Assembly (NCBI GenBank): GCA_039679645.1
Contig: JBDKUO010000009.1
Span: 7,168 to 71,167, forward strand
Source of the DNA: Armatimonadota bacterium
GTDB taxonomy: Bacteria > Armatimonadota > UBA5829
Direction: 5' to 3'
DNA length: 64,000 nt
The translations under genes were made by a program, and so were the position numbers. Shown one piece after another: positions 9,261 through 19,130 of this stretch. The notes beneath the pieces are model-generated. The model searched no databases. It saw nothing but the letters and a program-made list of their open reading frames with translations, and was not told the DNA's origin. Numbering within the stretch: the first letter of the stretch is position 1; each line of letters begins with the position of its first letter.

Positions 9261-10421
9261 TTATACGGCCGACGCAATGGTTGTTGCTGCTGTGTTTGAT
9301 CTTGTTCCGAACGTTTCCAAGTAGTTGACCAACTCGTCTCGCCCAAAACGCGCTCCCAGAACATAGGCATCAGCCCCGCCATAGAGCAAGACAACATCCT
9401 CGCCATGTTCAAAGCTGCCTGAAGAAAAGACACAGTTAAGGTTCTTCTCGTGAGGCCATGGTGAATGAAGCTCATATGGCGTCTGAGGCTCTATTATGCT
9501 GCTGCATCGGCACTCGACCACGCTGGACGGATTGTCGGTATCTATATCGTTTAAATTCAGGATAGCATAACCCGAGAAATAATCTCTCTCTCCACCAGGA
9601 AGGTAGTTGCCGGTATGAAAATCCGCCAGATAGCGATTATTACCCAGAGAAATCGGCGCGGAACCGGCTCCCATCCACGACTTGCAGTATCGCGGGTCGA
9701 CCTCGGCTTTCATAATGGTTCCAAGGTCTTTCCACTCGCCGGTCGGGCTGTTGCTGACGGCAAGGGAGACGCCATAGTCGTTCTGCGTGCCTATCATGGG
9801 CCTGTGAAACATCATATACTTTCCGTCCACCATATCCGATAACAGAACACCGTCCTTGTTGGGATAGTTGTTCACATCTCCGCTTATCGGGCCGAGTTTG
9901 GTCCAGTGCAGCAGGTCGGTTGAGACGGCCATGCAGATGTGTATGTTGTGCTCTATGGGTAAATTAGGATTAAAGCCGCAGTAGAGCATATAGAACGTAT
10001 CGCCGATACGGGTAATGCGCTGGTCCTCGACTCCATTATAATCATAGCCCATCGGATCGTCTGTGGGAACGACGAGTGGATATGCAAACCTCTTAATGAG
10101 CTGCATGGTCGGTGTGAAAACCGCCAATCCCACGGATGATCTGAGGAGCGGGCGACCCGGAACCTCTTTGGGTATGCCCCGATAAAACACTGCGATCACG
10201 CCGTCCTGAAGGCCGCTGCCGTTTAGAGCATGCCGACCGAGCAGACCCCTGATCAGATCGTCATTGACGGGCGAGCGCTCCAGACGGACCGCAGTCGGGT
10301 TGAGGGTGAATCCGTTGTCCCAGCCATTGGGATCGGCGGAAATTAGCGGAAGTCCGTGATTTATGCGCTCCACATTGAGCCTTGTTCTCAAGCCTTGTGT
10401 CACGTTTACCCTCCTTGTCAA
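9261..10421 (-). CDS. GH130-like (DUF377) beta-propeller glycosidase/phosphorylase
   Basis: 386 aa. Motifs resemble GH130: GVEDQRITRIGDTFYMLY, ICMAVSTDLLHW, NKDGVLL...GKYMMFHRP, and C-terminal VVLLYGGADAYV. Confidence 0.55.
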   Translation of the reverse strand: MTRRVNVTQGLRTRLNVERINHGLPLISADPNGWDNGFTLNPTAVRLERSPVNDDLIRGLLGRHALNGSGLQDGVIAVFYRGIPKEVPGRPLLRSSVGLAVFTPTMQLIKRFAYPLVVPTDDPMGYDYNGVEDQRITRIGDTFYMLYCGFNPNLPIEHNIHICMAVSTDLLHWTKLGPISGDVNNYPNKDGVLLSDMVDGKYMMFHRPMIGTQNDYGVSLAVSNSPTGEWKDLGTIMKAEVDPRYCKSWMGAGSAPISLGNNRYLADFHTGNYLPGGERDYFSGYAILNLNDIDTDNPSSVVECRCSSIIEPQTPYELHSPWPHEKNLNCVFSSGSFEHGEDVVLLYGGADAYVLGARFGRDELVNYLETFGTRSNTAATTIASAV

Positions 10422-10602
10422 TGGGCGATACTCAGCCCATTGTTGCTGATATTTAATTGACTGCCTGACTGCTCAGGTTAGTATGTCAATATTCTGCAAA
10501 TGCCATACCAGACGGGCATTGATGAGGTGGAAACAGGTATTTGGGGGTGAAAACAGGCGTTATTAACAGGTTTTTGGGCTAGTAATCGGGCTAGTTCCTG
10601 GT

Positions 10603-10690
10603 AAGGTTACGAGGAGTGTCTAGAGATGTCTATGGCGTAGATTCTTGCCCTCCAGGTAAGATACCTGGAGGGATATAAAAGGTTACGAGG
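10603..10690. repeat. palindrome-family copy flanked by a 12-bp direct repeat
   Basis: AAGGTTACGAGG at 10603-10614 and again at 10679-10690 brackets a 64-bp segment. That segment contains CCCTCCAGGTAAGATACCTGGAGGG (10648-10672). Confidence 0.8.
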
Positions 10691-10807
10691 GCTGATGGTT
10701 TGAGGGTTCTCATGGAGAAAAATGGCGGTGCAGGAATGCCCCTTACATACTTCGTCCGAGGCAAGAATACCTCGGACGATCTTATCCTGTTACCTATTGC
10801 CTATTAC

Positions 10808-12757
10808 CTATTTCCTGTTTTCTGTCGATGCGGCTTTTAGTGTTTGTGCTTCACGTTCGGCTGACCAGACTGGAAAAGCGAGAAGAGGACCGTATACAGG
10901 TATGCTGTGGTCTTCGCCGTTCAGCTTATAGTTTATCATTAAATCATAACCGGAGAGGTCGAGTCCTGTTGGGATTTCGACTGATGTCCCCGCTCCATTG
11001 ACTGTTGCATATCTATCCTTTGCCGGTTTCTTCGAGACATGCATTACCATGGTCGAAATGATCGCAGGATCAGTCAGCGCCAGATTGTTCTGCTTGAAGC
11101 TCTCCTTGCCGGCTTCAGCGTCAGATTCAGATGATGTGGAGAATGCGGGCTCGGGAGACGGATGTTGCCGCATTTTTTCAGCGCGGAAGAAGTCGGCTAT
11201 CCAAGTTGAGTCGAACTTGCCAAGCGGCAGGCCATCGTTCGACTTGGCAAGCTGCTTATCTTCGGGTGTGAGCGCGTCATAAAGTCTCCACGCAGGGTTC
11301 AATTTCCACTGATACAAGTTCTGAAAATCATCTGTATAAACCACCCATTCGATCGCCGATGGTTCCGGAATGTTCGACAGGTGAATTGCATCCTCCAGTG
11401 TAATACCGTCTCCGTTGAGTTTTGCCTTGAGGTCATTGAGATATTCCTCAGACAGCAGATTGACATGGTGGTCCCGCCAGTTTTGCCGTCCGTTATTTTG
11501 CCAGCCTACAACCAGCCTGTCACCCTCATTGGCGAACCAGGTGCTGCCATTAAACTTGTTGAGAAAAGTAAGTATGGCGGACTCTGGAGGGACACTGAGA
11601 ATACCGTCTATTCTCTGACGTTCCCGAGTCTGCTGGCTGATGAAATCCTCGGTCACAATATTGCACTTACCAGCCTGCGCGATGGCACGGATCGCTTTGG
11701 CGAAGGTTAAGTCTTTCGCACTCAGAGACTTTTCAAGCGTGATTTTGTTCACCAGAAATGATTCGCTTGTTGTGTCATCGGACTTACGGTCTGATAATGG
11801 AGCCATTTCAGGGTTAGCCATGTCATCTTTCAGGCTCGGTATTGGCTCTGCCTTTGGACGCAATGACAAGCCCGCGACCTTGTCCTGCAACGGTGCGGTA
11901 TCAGGAAGATCGCCTAAAATACAAAAGCTGGTATAACCACCGTCGTCAGTTTTTATTGGTCCTGGCTCAAACTCCGCTAGGATGCTGGCTTCAGCTCCAT
12001 CATCTACTAACTTAATACCCAAAAGGACATTCTGCATTTTCTCAAAAGGAGGATAAGACATATTCGAAGGATTGTACGCTTCTTTGCTTATAAACTGGTA
12101 ATGCTGCTCCATGTATGCGCTGTTTGCAGGATCGCTGCCCCGGAGTGTGAGCGTGTCACCATTGAGCAATTTGTCCTTGGAATCGGGGCCGAGACTGGAA
12201 ATCATTTTCGCCATGACCCACGTTTCTTTGAGCGAAGGATCGTCAGGGGGATTGTCGTTGGATTTGCCATAGGCTGTCAGAGCATCCCACTGCCATGCGG
12301 CATCTTCCATGGAATGGTCGTGCTTCTTTTGTATGTAAGTATTTATACTGTCTTGATCTGCTGACCTGCGATAGATACGGTAGCTCTTCTTAGGATTATC
12401 GCCTATCTTCTCAGATATAAACCTCGTGTGTGTCGCGTCTGCTATCGCCCTCAGGAGCTTGGCAAGCGGCAAGTCTTTTACGCAGACCACGACCGGTATG
12501 TCGCGTACTTTCCAATCATTCTTGTTCTGACCGCAGAGTATATCTACGCCGGTCATTTGGCTCAGATCATCCGTAACATTATGAAGGCGTTTGTAGCCGC
12601 TGTCGTAGGTGATCTTTTGCGCCAGGCGGGAGTCTACCTCCGGCTTGGGCTTTGCTATGGTATTGGGATCGACTCTGACCACACCCACAGCTCCAGCTTG
12701 CACATGCATTGAAATCAAAACCGCAAAACACAGAATTGCCGATTGCAAATACCGCAT
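10808..12757 (-). CDS. secreted hypothetical protein
   Basis: 649 aa with a signal peptide MRYLQSAILCFAVLISMHVQAGA. There are two internally similar segments (KDLPLAKLLRAIADATHTRFI and KDLTFAKAIRAIAQAGKCNIV) reminiscent of STN/secretin-N-type short domains. I recognise no family for the rest. Confidence 0.6.
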   Translation of the reverse strand: MRYLQSAILCFAVLISMHVQAGAVGVVRVDPNTIAKPKPEVDSRLAQKITYDSGYKRLHNVTDDLSQMTGVDILCGQNKNDWKVRDIPVVVCVKDLPLAKLLRAIADATHTRFISEKIGDNPKKSYRIYRRSADQDSINTYIQKKHDHSMEDAAWQWDALTAYGKSNDNPPDDPSLKETWVMAKMISSLGPDSKDKLLNGDTLTLRGSDPANSAYMEQHYQFISKEAYNPSNMSYPPFEKMQNVLLGIKLVDDGAEASILAEFEPGPIKTDDGGYTSFCILGDLPDTAPLQDKVAGLSLRPKAEPIPSLKDDMANPEMAPLSDRKSDDTTSESFLVNKITLEKSLSAKDLTFAKAIRAIAQAGKCNIVTEDFISQQTRERQRIDGILSVPPESAILTFLNKFNGSTWFANEGDRLVVGWQNNGRQNWRDHHVNLLSEEYLNDLKAKLNGDGITLEDAIHLSNIPEPSAIEWVVYTDDFQNLYQWKLNPAWRLYDALTPEDKQLAKSNDGLPLGKFDSTWIADFFRAEKMRQHPSPEPAFSTSSESDAEAGKESFKQNNLALTDPAIISTMVMHVSKKPAKDRYATVNGAGTSVEIPTGLDLSGYDLMINYKLNGEDHSIPVYGPLLAFPVWSAEREAQTLKAASTENRK

Positions 12758-12892
12758 TTGTATTCTCCTCGCTGCTGTTTAGAGATTAGATGTAAGAGGT
12801 TAAAAGCTCGCTTGCTATTGTAAGACGCAACTCGCGCGTATTTTGTTGCACTAGATTCGGAGGAAAACTTATGGACACGAAAAGGGTGTTGC

Positions 12893-13130
12893 GGGTGAAG
12901 CATTTGCGACTAAATCTCAACAGTCCACCGAATGTGATCGGCAAATACTTCGCCCCTACGGGTATATGGATGGCAAAGCTGCAACTTGGGGATTTGAAAT
13001 CTAAAGGTTCTGTTTCGCACGCGATCGGATATCGCGCGCGATCTATAGGGTTCTCATGGAACAAAATGCCGGGGCGGGATACCTCGGACGATCAGCAATA
13101 CTCAATACAAAATATAAATTACTAAATCAG
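12893..13130. repeat. composite intergenic repeat block
   Basis: Contains a degenerate copy of GGGTGAAGCATTTGC...GCAAAT.CTTC.CCC (12893-12955; perfect copy at 30549-30611). Also TTCTGTTTCGCACGCGATCGGATATCGCGCGCGATC (13008-13043), AGGGTTCTCATGGAACAAAATGCCGG..GGATACCTCGGACGATCA (also near 10697-10786), and the AT-rich module at 13103-13130. Confidence 0.8.
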
Positions 13131-13131
13131 A

Positions 13132-13908
13132 CTACCATTTCTCTCTGGTCGGCACACCAGCCTTGACCAATTCGTCCTTAATCTGCCGGATAGTGTATTC
13201 GCCTGTATGGATCATGCTGGCAATGATAGCGGCGTCGGCTTTGCCTTTGTTGAAGACGTCGACGAGGTGTTGCGGCGAGCCTGCGCCGCCTGAAGCGACT
13301 ACTGGTATATGCACGCTGGTTGATATCATTCGGGTAAGATGAAGCTCAAAGCCGTCGCGAGTGCCGTCTGCATCCACTGAGTTGACTACAATCTCCCCTA
13401 CCCCGAGGTCTTCTGCGCGCTTGGCCCACTCAAGAGCATCCATGCCGGTGCGCTCACGGAAGCCCCGAATAGTGATCTCATAGCCGCTCGGAAACTTAGG
13501 ATCGTCGGCCTTAACAGGGTCCATACCCAGCACTATGCACTGTGAGCCGAATATCCTTGCCCCCTCGGCGATGATATCGGGGTTCTTGACTGCAAGCGAG
13601 TTCACCGACACCTTTTCCGCGCCCGCGAGGAGCACGCGATACATATCGTCCAAGGTCTCTATGCCGCCGCCGACTGCAAACGGGATATGCACGACACGCG
13701 CGACATCGCGGACCATCTCAATATCGATCGGTCTGCGCTCGGCTGAGGCTGTGATATCGTAGAAGACAAGCTCATCGCAGCCGCCGTCGGAGTAGGCAAC
13801 AGCCATCTCGACCGGGTCGCCCAGTTCGACATTATTCTTGAATTTCACGCCCTTGGTGACTTTTTTATTGCGCACATCCAGGCATGGGATTATTCGCTTG
13901 CTTAACAT
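13132..13908 (-). CDS. hisF: imidazole glycerol phosphate synthase, cyclase subunit
   Basis: [12 protein letters not shown] start and the GADKVS-like motif GAEKVSVNS identify HisF, together with a full-length (beta/alpha)8 HisF pattern. The ATG at 13908 overlaps the hisH stop (ATGTTAA). The ORF track offers a GTG at 13920 as an alternative start. Confidence 0.93.
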   Translation of the reverse strand: MLSKRIIPCLDVRNKKVTKGVKFKNNVELGDPVEMAVAYSDGGCDELVFYDITASAERRPIDIEMVRDVARVVHIPFAVGGGIETLDDMYRVLLAGAEKVSVNSLAVKNPDIIAEGARIFGSQCIVLGMDPVKADDPKFPSGYEITIRGFRERTGMDALEWAKRAEDLGVGEIVVNSVDADGTRDGFELHLTRMISTSVHIPVVASGGAGSPQHLVDVFNKGKADAAIIASMIHTGEYTIRQIKDELVKAGVPTREKW

Positions 13909-14525
13909 TTGCCGTCCCACTTGCTGAAGTTTTCGAGGAGCCGCAGACCTATACGACCCGAGCGCTCCGGGTGAAACTGAGTCGCGATGAGATTATCTTT
14001 ACCTACAGCCGAAGCAAAGCGCACACCCGCATACTCCGTCTCGCCGACGATATAGGCTTCATCCGAGGAGTCGGGATAGTAGCTGTGGACAAAGTAGAAC
14101 TCGCTGCGGTCCTCTATGCCGTCAAAAATTGGATGCGCCCGCTTGAACTCGACTGTATTCCAGCCCATCTGCGGAATCTTGCACGAACGGTCAGTCGTGA
14201 CAAAGCGCTTGACCTCGCCAGGCACAAGACCAATGCAGTCTACCCCGCCGTCCTCTTCGGAATGCTCAAATATAACCTGTGTGCCAAGGCATATGCCCAG
14301 AAACGGCCTGCCGCTTTTGACAGCGTCTTTGAGCGGATCAAGCAGGTTGAGCTTACGGATATTTCGCATAGCCTCGGCTGCTGCTCCGACGCCGGGGAAT
14401 ATTACCCGGTCGGCAAGTTGAATCCTCTCGGGATCGTTTGTGACCTCGCACGCGGCACCTATATGCTCCAGGGCGAGCCGCACGCTTGTCAGATTGCCTG
14501 CTTTATAGTCTACTATCGCTATCAA
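13902..14525 (-). CDS. hisH: imidazole glycerol phosphate synthase, glutaminase subunit
   Basis: 207 aa: [12 protein letters not shown], catalytic GICLGTQ, and HSYY...FHPE triad region. Confidence 0.93.
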   Translation of the reverse strand: MIAIVDYKAGNLTSVRLALEHIGAACEVTNDPERIQLADRVIFPGVGAAAEAMRNIRKLNLLDPLKDAVKSGRPFLGICLGTQVIFEHSEEDGGVDCIGLVPGEVKRFVTTDRSCKIPQMGWNTVEFKRAHPIFDGIEDRSEFYFVHSYYPDSSDEAYIVGETEYAGVRFASAVGKDNLIATQFHPERSGRIGLRLLENFSKWDGKC

Positions 14526-14559
14526 GAAAAACCTCGTTGTCGGTTGTCAGTTGCGATGG

Positions 14560-14722
14560 TTCGGGATTTGAATCCCGGACCTATGTATGGGGGATTTTAA
14601 TCTCCAAAACCTGCTGCGCCTTTTACTCTGCCTCAGGGACTAAAGTCCCGAGAATGTGCGTCGGGGATTTAAATCCCCGACGATCAAGGACTCCGTATCC
14701 TCCAGGTAAGATACCTGGAGGG
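14560..14722. repeat. composite intergenic repeat block
   Basis: Contains hairpins CGGGATTTGAATCCCG and GGGGATTTTAATCTCC, the double-hairpin module at 14632-14689 ending CCCCGACGATCA, and the palindrome CCTCCAGGTAAGATACCTGGAGGG at 14699-14722. Confidence 0.85.
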
Positions 14723-14847
14723 ATCAAACAATCGCTGAGTTCTCTTTCGGGCTGGATCAGATATCCAGCCCGAACAAAAGCTCACGATTATCGGGGATTA
14801 CCCCTAACGATCAAGACACTGTTGCCTATTGCCTGTTATCTATGACC

Positions 14848-16605
14848 TCAGTCCTCTACGCACTCTATATGCAACTCCTTGAGCTGCGCATCATCTACCG
14901 GTGAAGGCGCGTTGGTCATCGGGTCGATGCCGCTGGCTGTCTTCGGAAAGGCCATGACCTGGCGGATGTTGTCATCATCCGTAAGCAGCATGACCAGCCT
15001 GTCGATGCCGGGGGCGATGCCTCCATGCGGCGGAGCGCCGTATTCAAACGCATCGAGCATATGGCCGAACCGCGCCTGGACTTCCTCATCGGTGTAGTTC
15101 ATCAGGTTAAAGACTTTGTTCTGAATATCTCTTCGATGAATTCTGATGCTGCCGCTGGCCAGTTCGCTGCCGTTGCAGACCAGGTCATACGCCTGGGAGC
15201 GGACTTTGCCCGGATCGGTGTCCATCAGGTCCATATCCTCTTCCATAGGCATAGTGAACGGATGATGAGCGGCGTCCCAGCGTCCCTCTTCTTCTTTCCA
15301 CTCCACTAGCGGGAAGTCTATGACCCATGCCATAGCAAGAATGCTGTCGTCACGCAGGCCGAGGCGCGTGCCCATCAGGTTGCGCAGATTTGCCAGAGAG
15401 TCAGCCACGACCTTGGGCTTGTCGGCGACGATAAGTATCAGGTCGCCTGTCTTTGCTCCCGCGCGCTCTATGATAGACTTGATCTCGTCTTCTTTGAAGA
15501 ACTTGGCTATTGGCGACTTGATGCTGCCGTCCTCGGTAAGTGCGATGGTTGCCAGACCCTTAGCGCGATGCTTCTTAACAAAGTCGGTTAGCTCGTCTAT
15601 CTGGCTACGGCTGTAGTTTGCGCAACCCTCGGCTGTGATACCCTTGACCTGCTCGGCGCTCTGGAAGACTTTGAACTCGCTGGCATGGCCGATATCGGTG
15701 AGGTCGAAAAGCTCCATGCCGAAGCGCAGGTCGGGCTTATCGATGCCGTAGCGATCGATCACGTCCTGATATGTGAGCCTCGGGAAGGGCTTGAACATCA
15801 GTTTCTTGTCCGAAATCTTCTCCACAATCTCGGTCATCAGAGGCTCCATTATATCGAAGAGGTCCTCTTTCTTAACGAACGACATCTCTACGTCGAGCTG
15901 GGTGAACTCAGGCTGCCTGTCCGCACGCGGGTCTTCATCTCGGAAGCACTTGGCAATCTGGAAATATCTATCGATCCCGGACACCATCAGGAGTTGTTTG
16001 AGCTGCTGCGGGCTCTGCGGCAGGGCATAGAAACTGCCCGGATACAACCGTGCGGGCACAAGATAATCCCGTGCGCCCTCGGGTGTGCTCTTGATCAGGA
16101 CCGGGGTCTCCACCTCGATGAAGCCGCGCTCGTCCATATAGTCGCGCATGAGCTTGACCATCTTATGGCGCAGTATCAGCCGCCTCTGCATCTCCGGACG
16201 CCTGAGGTCGAGATAGCGGTATTTGAGCCTGACCATCTCGTCGGTTGTGATACCGTCCTGAATCGCGAAAGGCGGCGTGAGCGAGGTGTTGAGTATATCC
16301 AGTTTCTCGATATGGACTTCTACCTGGCCCGTCGGTATATTGGGGTTTTCGGTGCCCTCCGGTCGATGCGCGACAGTGCCGACGACCTCCAGCACAAACT
16401 CACTTCGCACGCTCTCGGCGATCTTGAACGCCTCGGGCTGCTCTTCGGGGTCGATAACCGTCTGCACCAGGCCCTCACGGTCACGCAGGTCAATAAAGAT
16501 AAGCCCGCCGTGGTCGCGATTGCTGTTGACCCAACCGTGCAAGGTCACCTGCTTTCCGATATCTTCAGCGGATACTTCACCGCAGTATTTTGTTCTGTGT
16601 TCCAT
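14848..16605 (-). CDS. aspS: aspartyl-tRNA synthetase
   Basis: 585 aa with an OB-fold N-terminus (VTLHGWV...RDHGGLIFIDLRDREG). Class II motifs are present (QSPQQLKQLLMVSG, FRDED.RADRQPEFTQLD, GSIRIH...GGIAPGIDRL). Confidence 0.95.
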   Translation of the reverse strand: MEHRTKYCGEVSAEDIGKQVTLHGWVNSNRDHGGLIFIDLRDREGLVQTVIDPEEQPEAFKIAESVRSEFVLEVVGTVAHRPEGTENPNIPTGQVEVHIEKLDILNTSLTPPFAIQDGITTDEMVRLKYRYLDLRRPEMQRRLILRHKMVKLMRDYMDERGFIEVETPVLIKSTPEGARDYLVPARLYPGSFYALPQSPQQLKQLLMVSGIDRYFQIAKCFRDEDPRADRQPEFTQLDVEMSFVKKEDLFDIMEPLMTEIVEKISDKKLMFKPFPRLTYQDVIDRYGIDKPDLRFGMELFDLTDIGHASEFKVFQSAEQVKGITAEGCANYSRSQIDELTDFVKKHRAKGLATIALTEDGSIKSPIAKFFKEDEIKSIIERAGAKTGDLILIVADKPKVVADSLANLRNLMGTRLGLRDDSILAMAWVIDFPLVEWKEEEGRWDAAHHPFTMPMEEDMDLMDTDPGKVRSQAYDLVCNGSELASGSIRIHRRDIQNKVFNLMNYTDEEVQARFGHMLDAFEYGAPPHGGIAPGIDRLVMLLTDDDNIRQVMAFPKTASGIDPMTNAPSPVDDAQLKELHIECVED

Positions 16606-16626
16606 TGTTCCCTCCGGGGAGTTGGT

Positions 16627-16900
16627 ACGTCACAACGTCACAGCGTCACAACGTCGAAAACTGAACGGCGGGGGTATCCTTCCCCCGTCGGATATTTTGG
16701 GGATTCTATCCCCGGATTATGAATATCCACCGGATAGAATCCGACTTATGTGCGTCCGGGGAAAGATTCCCCGGACGATCATGATCATAAGGATTCCCTA
16801 GACGATCATAACGTCAGGTTCAAAGCAGATTCCTCGCATTCGCTCGGAATGACTAAATTTAACAGCATTTCGTGCTTTCGTAATTTCGTGTTTTCGTGAT
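16627..16900. repeat. composite intergenic block with tandem microrepeats and hairpins
   Basis: ACGTCACA(A/G) x3 at 16627-16655. Hairpins with GGGGA..TCCCC stems are each followed by (G)ACGATCA (16757-16812). GCAGATTCCTCGCATTCGCTCGGAATGAC at 16825-16853 has a second copy at 51-80. TTTCGTG-type heptamer x4 at 16867-16900. Confidence 0.8.
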
Positions 16901-16915
16901 AAAAATCTCTAATGA

Positions 16916-18187
16916 TTAAGAAGCCAATACCTGTGCAAGTTCGGAAAATGGCACGCTCTGTTGCTCGGATGTAGCCATTGTCCGTACGGTGGCAAGCTGA
17001 TTTTTCACTTCGTCCTCGCCCAGGATGATTACGTATTTGGAGCCGAGTTTGTCGGCAATTTTCATTTGAGCCTTGAGACTGCGGCCTGTGTAGTCCATAT
17101 CAGCCGATATGCCATCATGCCTGAGCGTGGCAATGAGCTTAACGGCTGCATCATGCGCTTCGTCTCCGATGGTGGTGATAAACACTGTAGTGCTGGAATC
17201 CACAGGAAGATCGATACCCATAGAGTCCAGTGTCAGCATGAGCCTGTCCAGACCAAGGCCGAAACCCATCGCAGGGGTCGGCTGGCCGCCTATCTCATGG
17301 ACCATATTGTCATATCTGCCGCCGCCGCCTATAGCATTCTGCGCGCCCAGCTCACCGGAGACAAACTCGAAGGCGGTCTTGGTATAGTAATCAAACCCGC
17401 GCACCAGGTTAGTGTCGAGAGTATAATCGATACCCAGGGCCGTAAGATAGCTCTTTACTTTATTGAAGTGCTCAGAGCACTCGTCGCACAGATAATCCGG
17501 CAGCTTGGGCGCGTCCAAAAGCAGGGCTTTACAGTCCGGGTTCTTGCAGTCGAGCATCCTCATCGGGTTCTGCTCGTAGCGCTGTGCGCAGGACTGGCAA
17601 AGCTTATCGACTCTGCTCTTTGCGAACTCGAGCAGCGCCTGGCGATATTTGGGTCGGCAGTTCGGGCAGCCTATCGAGTTGAGCTTAAGCTCATATTTTT
17701 CGATCCCGATGCTGGTGAAAAACTGCGCGGCCATCGAGATTATCTCAGCGTCGATAGCGGGGTCTTCTGAACCAAACGCCTCAATGCCGAGCTGGGTGTG
17801 CTCGCGGTATCTGCCTGCCTGAGGCCGCTCATATCTAAAAATTCTACCAATATAGTAAGCCTTATTGACCGGAAGTGATGCGCCCAGGTTGTGCTGAACG
17901 TAGGCGCGGACTGTCGGAGCCGTGCCCTCGGGCCGCAGGGTGATAGAGCGCCCGCCGCGGTCTTCGAAGGTATACATTTCTTTGGAGACTACATCGGTGG
18001 CCTCGCCCAGGTTTCGCGTGAAGAGCTCGGTGTGCTCGAAGGTAGGCGTGCGGATCTCACGATAGCCATAGAGGCCACAGGTATGCCTGAACTTCGATTC
18101 CACATACTGCCAGCGCGGAGTCTCGTCCGGCAGGATGTCTCTGGTGCCGCGAGGGGCCACATACTCGGTCATTTGATATTGCTCCAA
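16916..18187 (-). CDS. hisS: histidyl-tRNA synthetase
   Basis: 423 aa: PRGTRDILP, FRYERPQAGR.REH.Q, GGGGRYD, and a C-terminal anticodon-binding domain. Confidence 0.95.
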   Translation of the reverse strand: MEQYQMTEYVAPRGTRDILPDETPRWQYVESKFRHTCGLYGYREIRTPTFEHTELFTRNLGEATDVVSKEMYTFEDRGGRSITLRPEGTAPTVRAYVQHNLGASLPVNKAYYIGRIFRYERPQAGRYREHTQLGIEAFGSEDPAIDAEIISMAAQFFTSIGIEKYELKLNSIGCPNCRPKYRQALLEFAKSRVDKLCQSCAQRYEQNPMRMLDCKNPDCKALLLDAPKLPDYLCDECSEHFNKVKSYLTALGIDYTLDTNLVRGFDYYTKTAFEFVSGELGAQNAIGGGGRYDNMVHEIGGQPTPAMGFGLGLDRLMLTLDSMGIDLPVDSSTTVFITTIGDEAHDAAVKLIATLRHDGISADMDYTGRSLKAQMKIADKLGSKYVIILGEDEVKNQLATVRTMATSEQQSVPFSELAQVLAS

Positions 18188-18446
18188 AATAGTTGAGAGA
18201 TGAGAGTGGAGAGCAAAGAGCCCGGATTTCCACTGCTCAGTTACTTCATATTATTAACAACAAAACGAGGAACGCCATGCATCCCCCGCCCTACTTTATT
18301 CTACGGTAAGCGGCTGGGACTGTCAAACGTGAAGGGCAAGTTCTCAGCGCACGAATATGCTTCAGATACGGTTGTGCCGAAGCAGTTCCACAAGATGACA
18401 AACCTTCGGGGCATCCGCCCGCGAAGTATAAATGTCACTTTTTGCT

Positions 18447-19130
18447 CTAGACAAACATATTCTCACATTCTTCTTTTAGTTCTACTTGCCTTGGCCTCTC
18501 ACCGCGCAGGAAGAAGAATGCCAAGGCAGCCGTGATCACTCCAGCCAAAGCCCAAGTATAAGGAGCGATTGCAAGTGCGCCCTGAGCTGTCCTGAATATG
18601 CCGAAGCCTAAAAATATCATACCGGCGCCGATCTTTATGGGGCGCTCCGGCAGGTGTTTGCCCATCAACTGACCCACCATGATTGCGAGGCCATCGGCGA
18701 CCACCATTCCAGTAGATGAGCCGAGCCAGACAGGTATCAACGGCTTGTCGGCAGCGAATGCGACCGTGCCCAGCATCGTCTTATCGCCGAGTTCGGCAAG
18801 GAAAAATGTAGTAAAGATCAGCCAGAACGGCGATTTGCTCTGGATGTTCTTACACTCGTTGTCTTCCAAGCTGTCGCCGCGCAGAGTCCACAGCCCAAAA
18901 CCGATAAAAGCCAGCCCTGCCGTAAATCCAACCCACTCAGGCGGCAAAAGCCTGCCTACCCCGCCTCCAAGCAGCACTGAAAAGACATGCACGACCAGAG
19001 TGGCACTGAATATGCCGGCGAGTGTGACACGCGTGTTATAACGGCTGGCAAGACACAAGGCGACAAGCTGCGTCTTATCTCCCATCTCCAAGCCGAATAC
19101 ACCGGCCATCGATACCCAGAATGATCCCAA
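18447..19130 (-). CDS. UPF0016 / GDT1-TMEM165 family cation (Mn2+/Ca2+) transporter
   Basis: 227-aa polytopic protein with the duplicated family signature E-x-G-D-K-T (LEMGDKTQL and AELGDKTML). Confidence 0.85.
   Translation of the reverse strand: MGSFWVSMAGVFGLEMGDKTQLVALCLASRYNTRVTLAGIFSATLVVHVFSVLLGGGVGRLLPPEWVGFTAGLAFIGFGLWTLRGDSLEDNECKNIQSKSPFWLIFTTFFLAELGDKTMLGTVAFAADKPLIPVWLGSSTGMVVADGLAIMVGQLMGKHLPERPIKIGAGMIFLGFGIFRTAQGALAIAPYTWALAGVITAALAFFFLRGERPRQVELKEECENMFV

Noticed and set aside
15685-16722. 345-aa plus-strand ORF (also 16277-16801 and 16961-17770) antisense to aspS/hisS
   Set aside because: These lie antisense to two aminoacyl-tRNA synthetase genes that have complete motif sets. 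The translations are Leu/Arg/His-rich with no recognisable domains, which is typical of antisense shadow frames.
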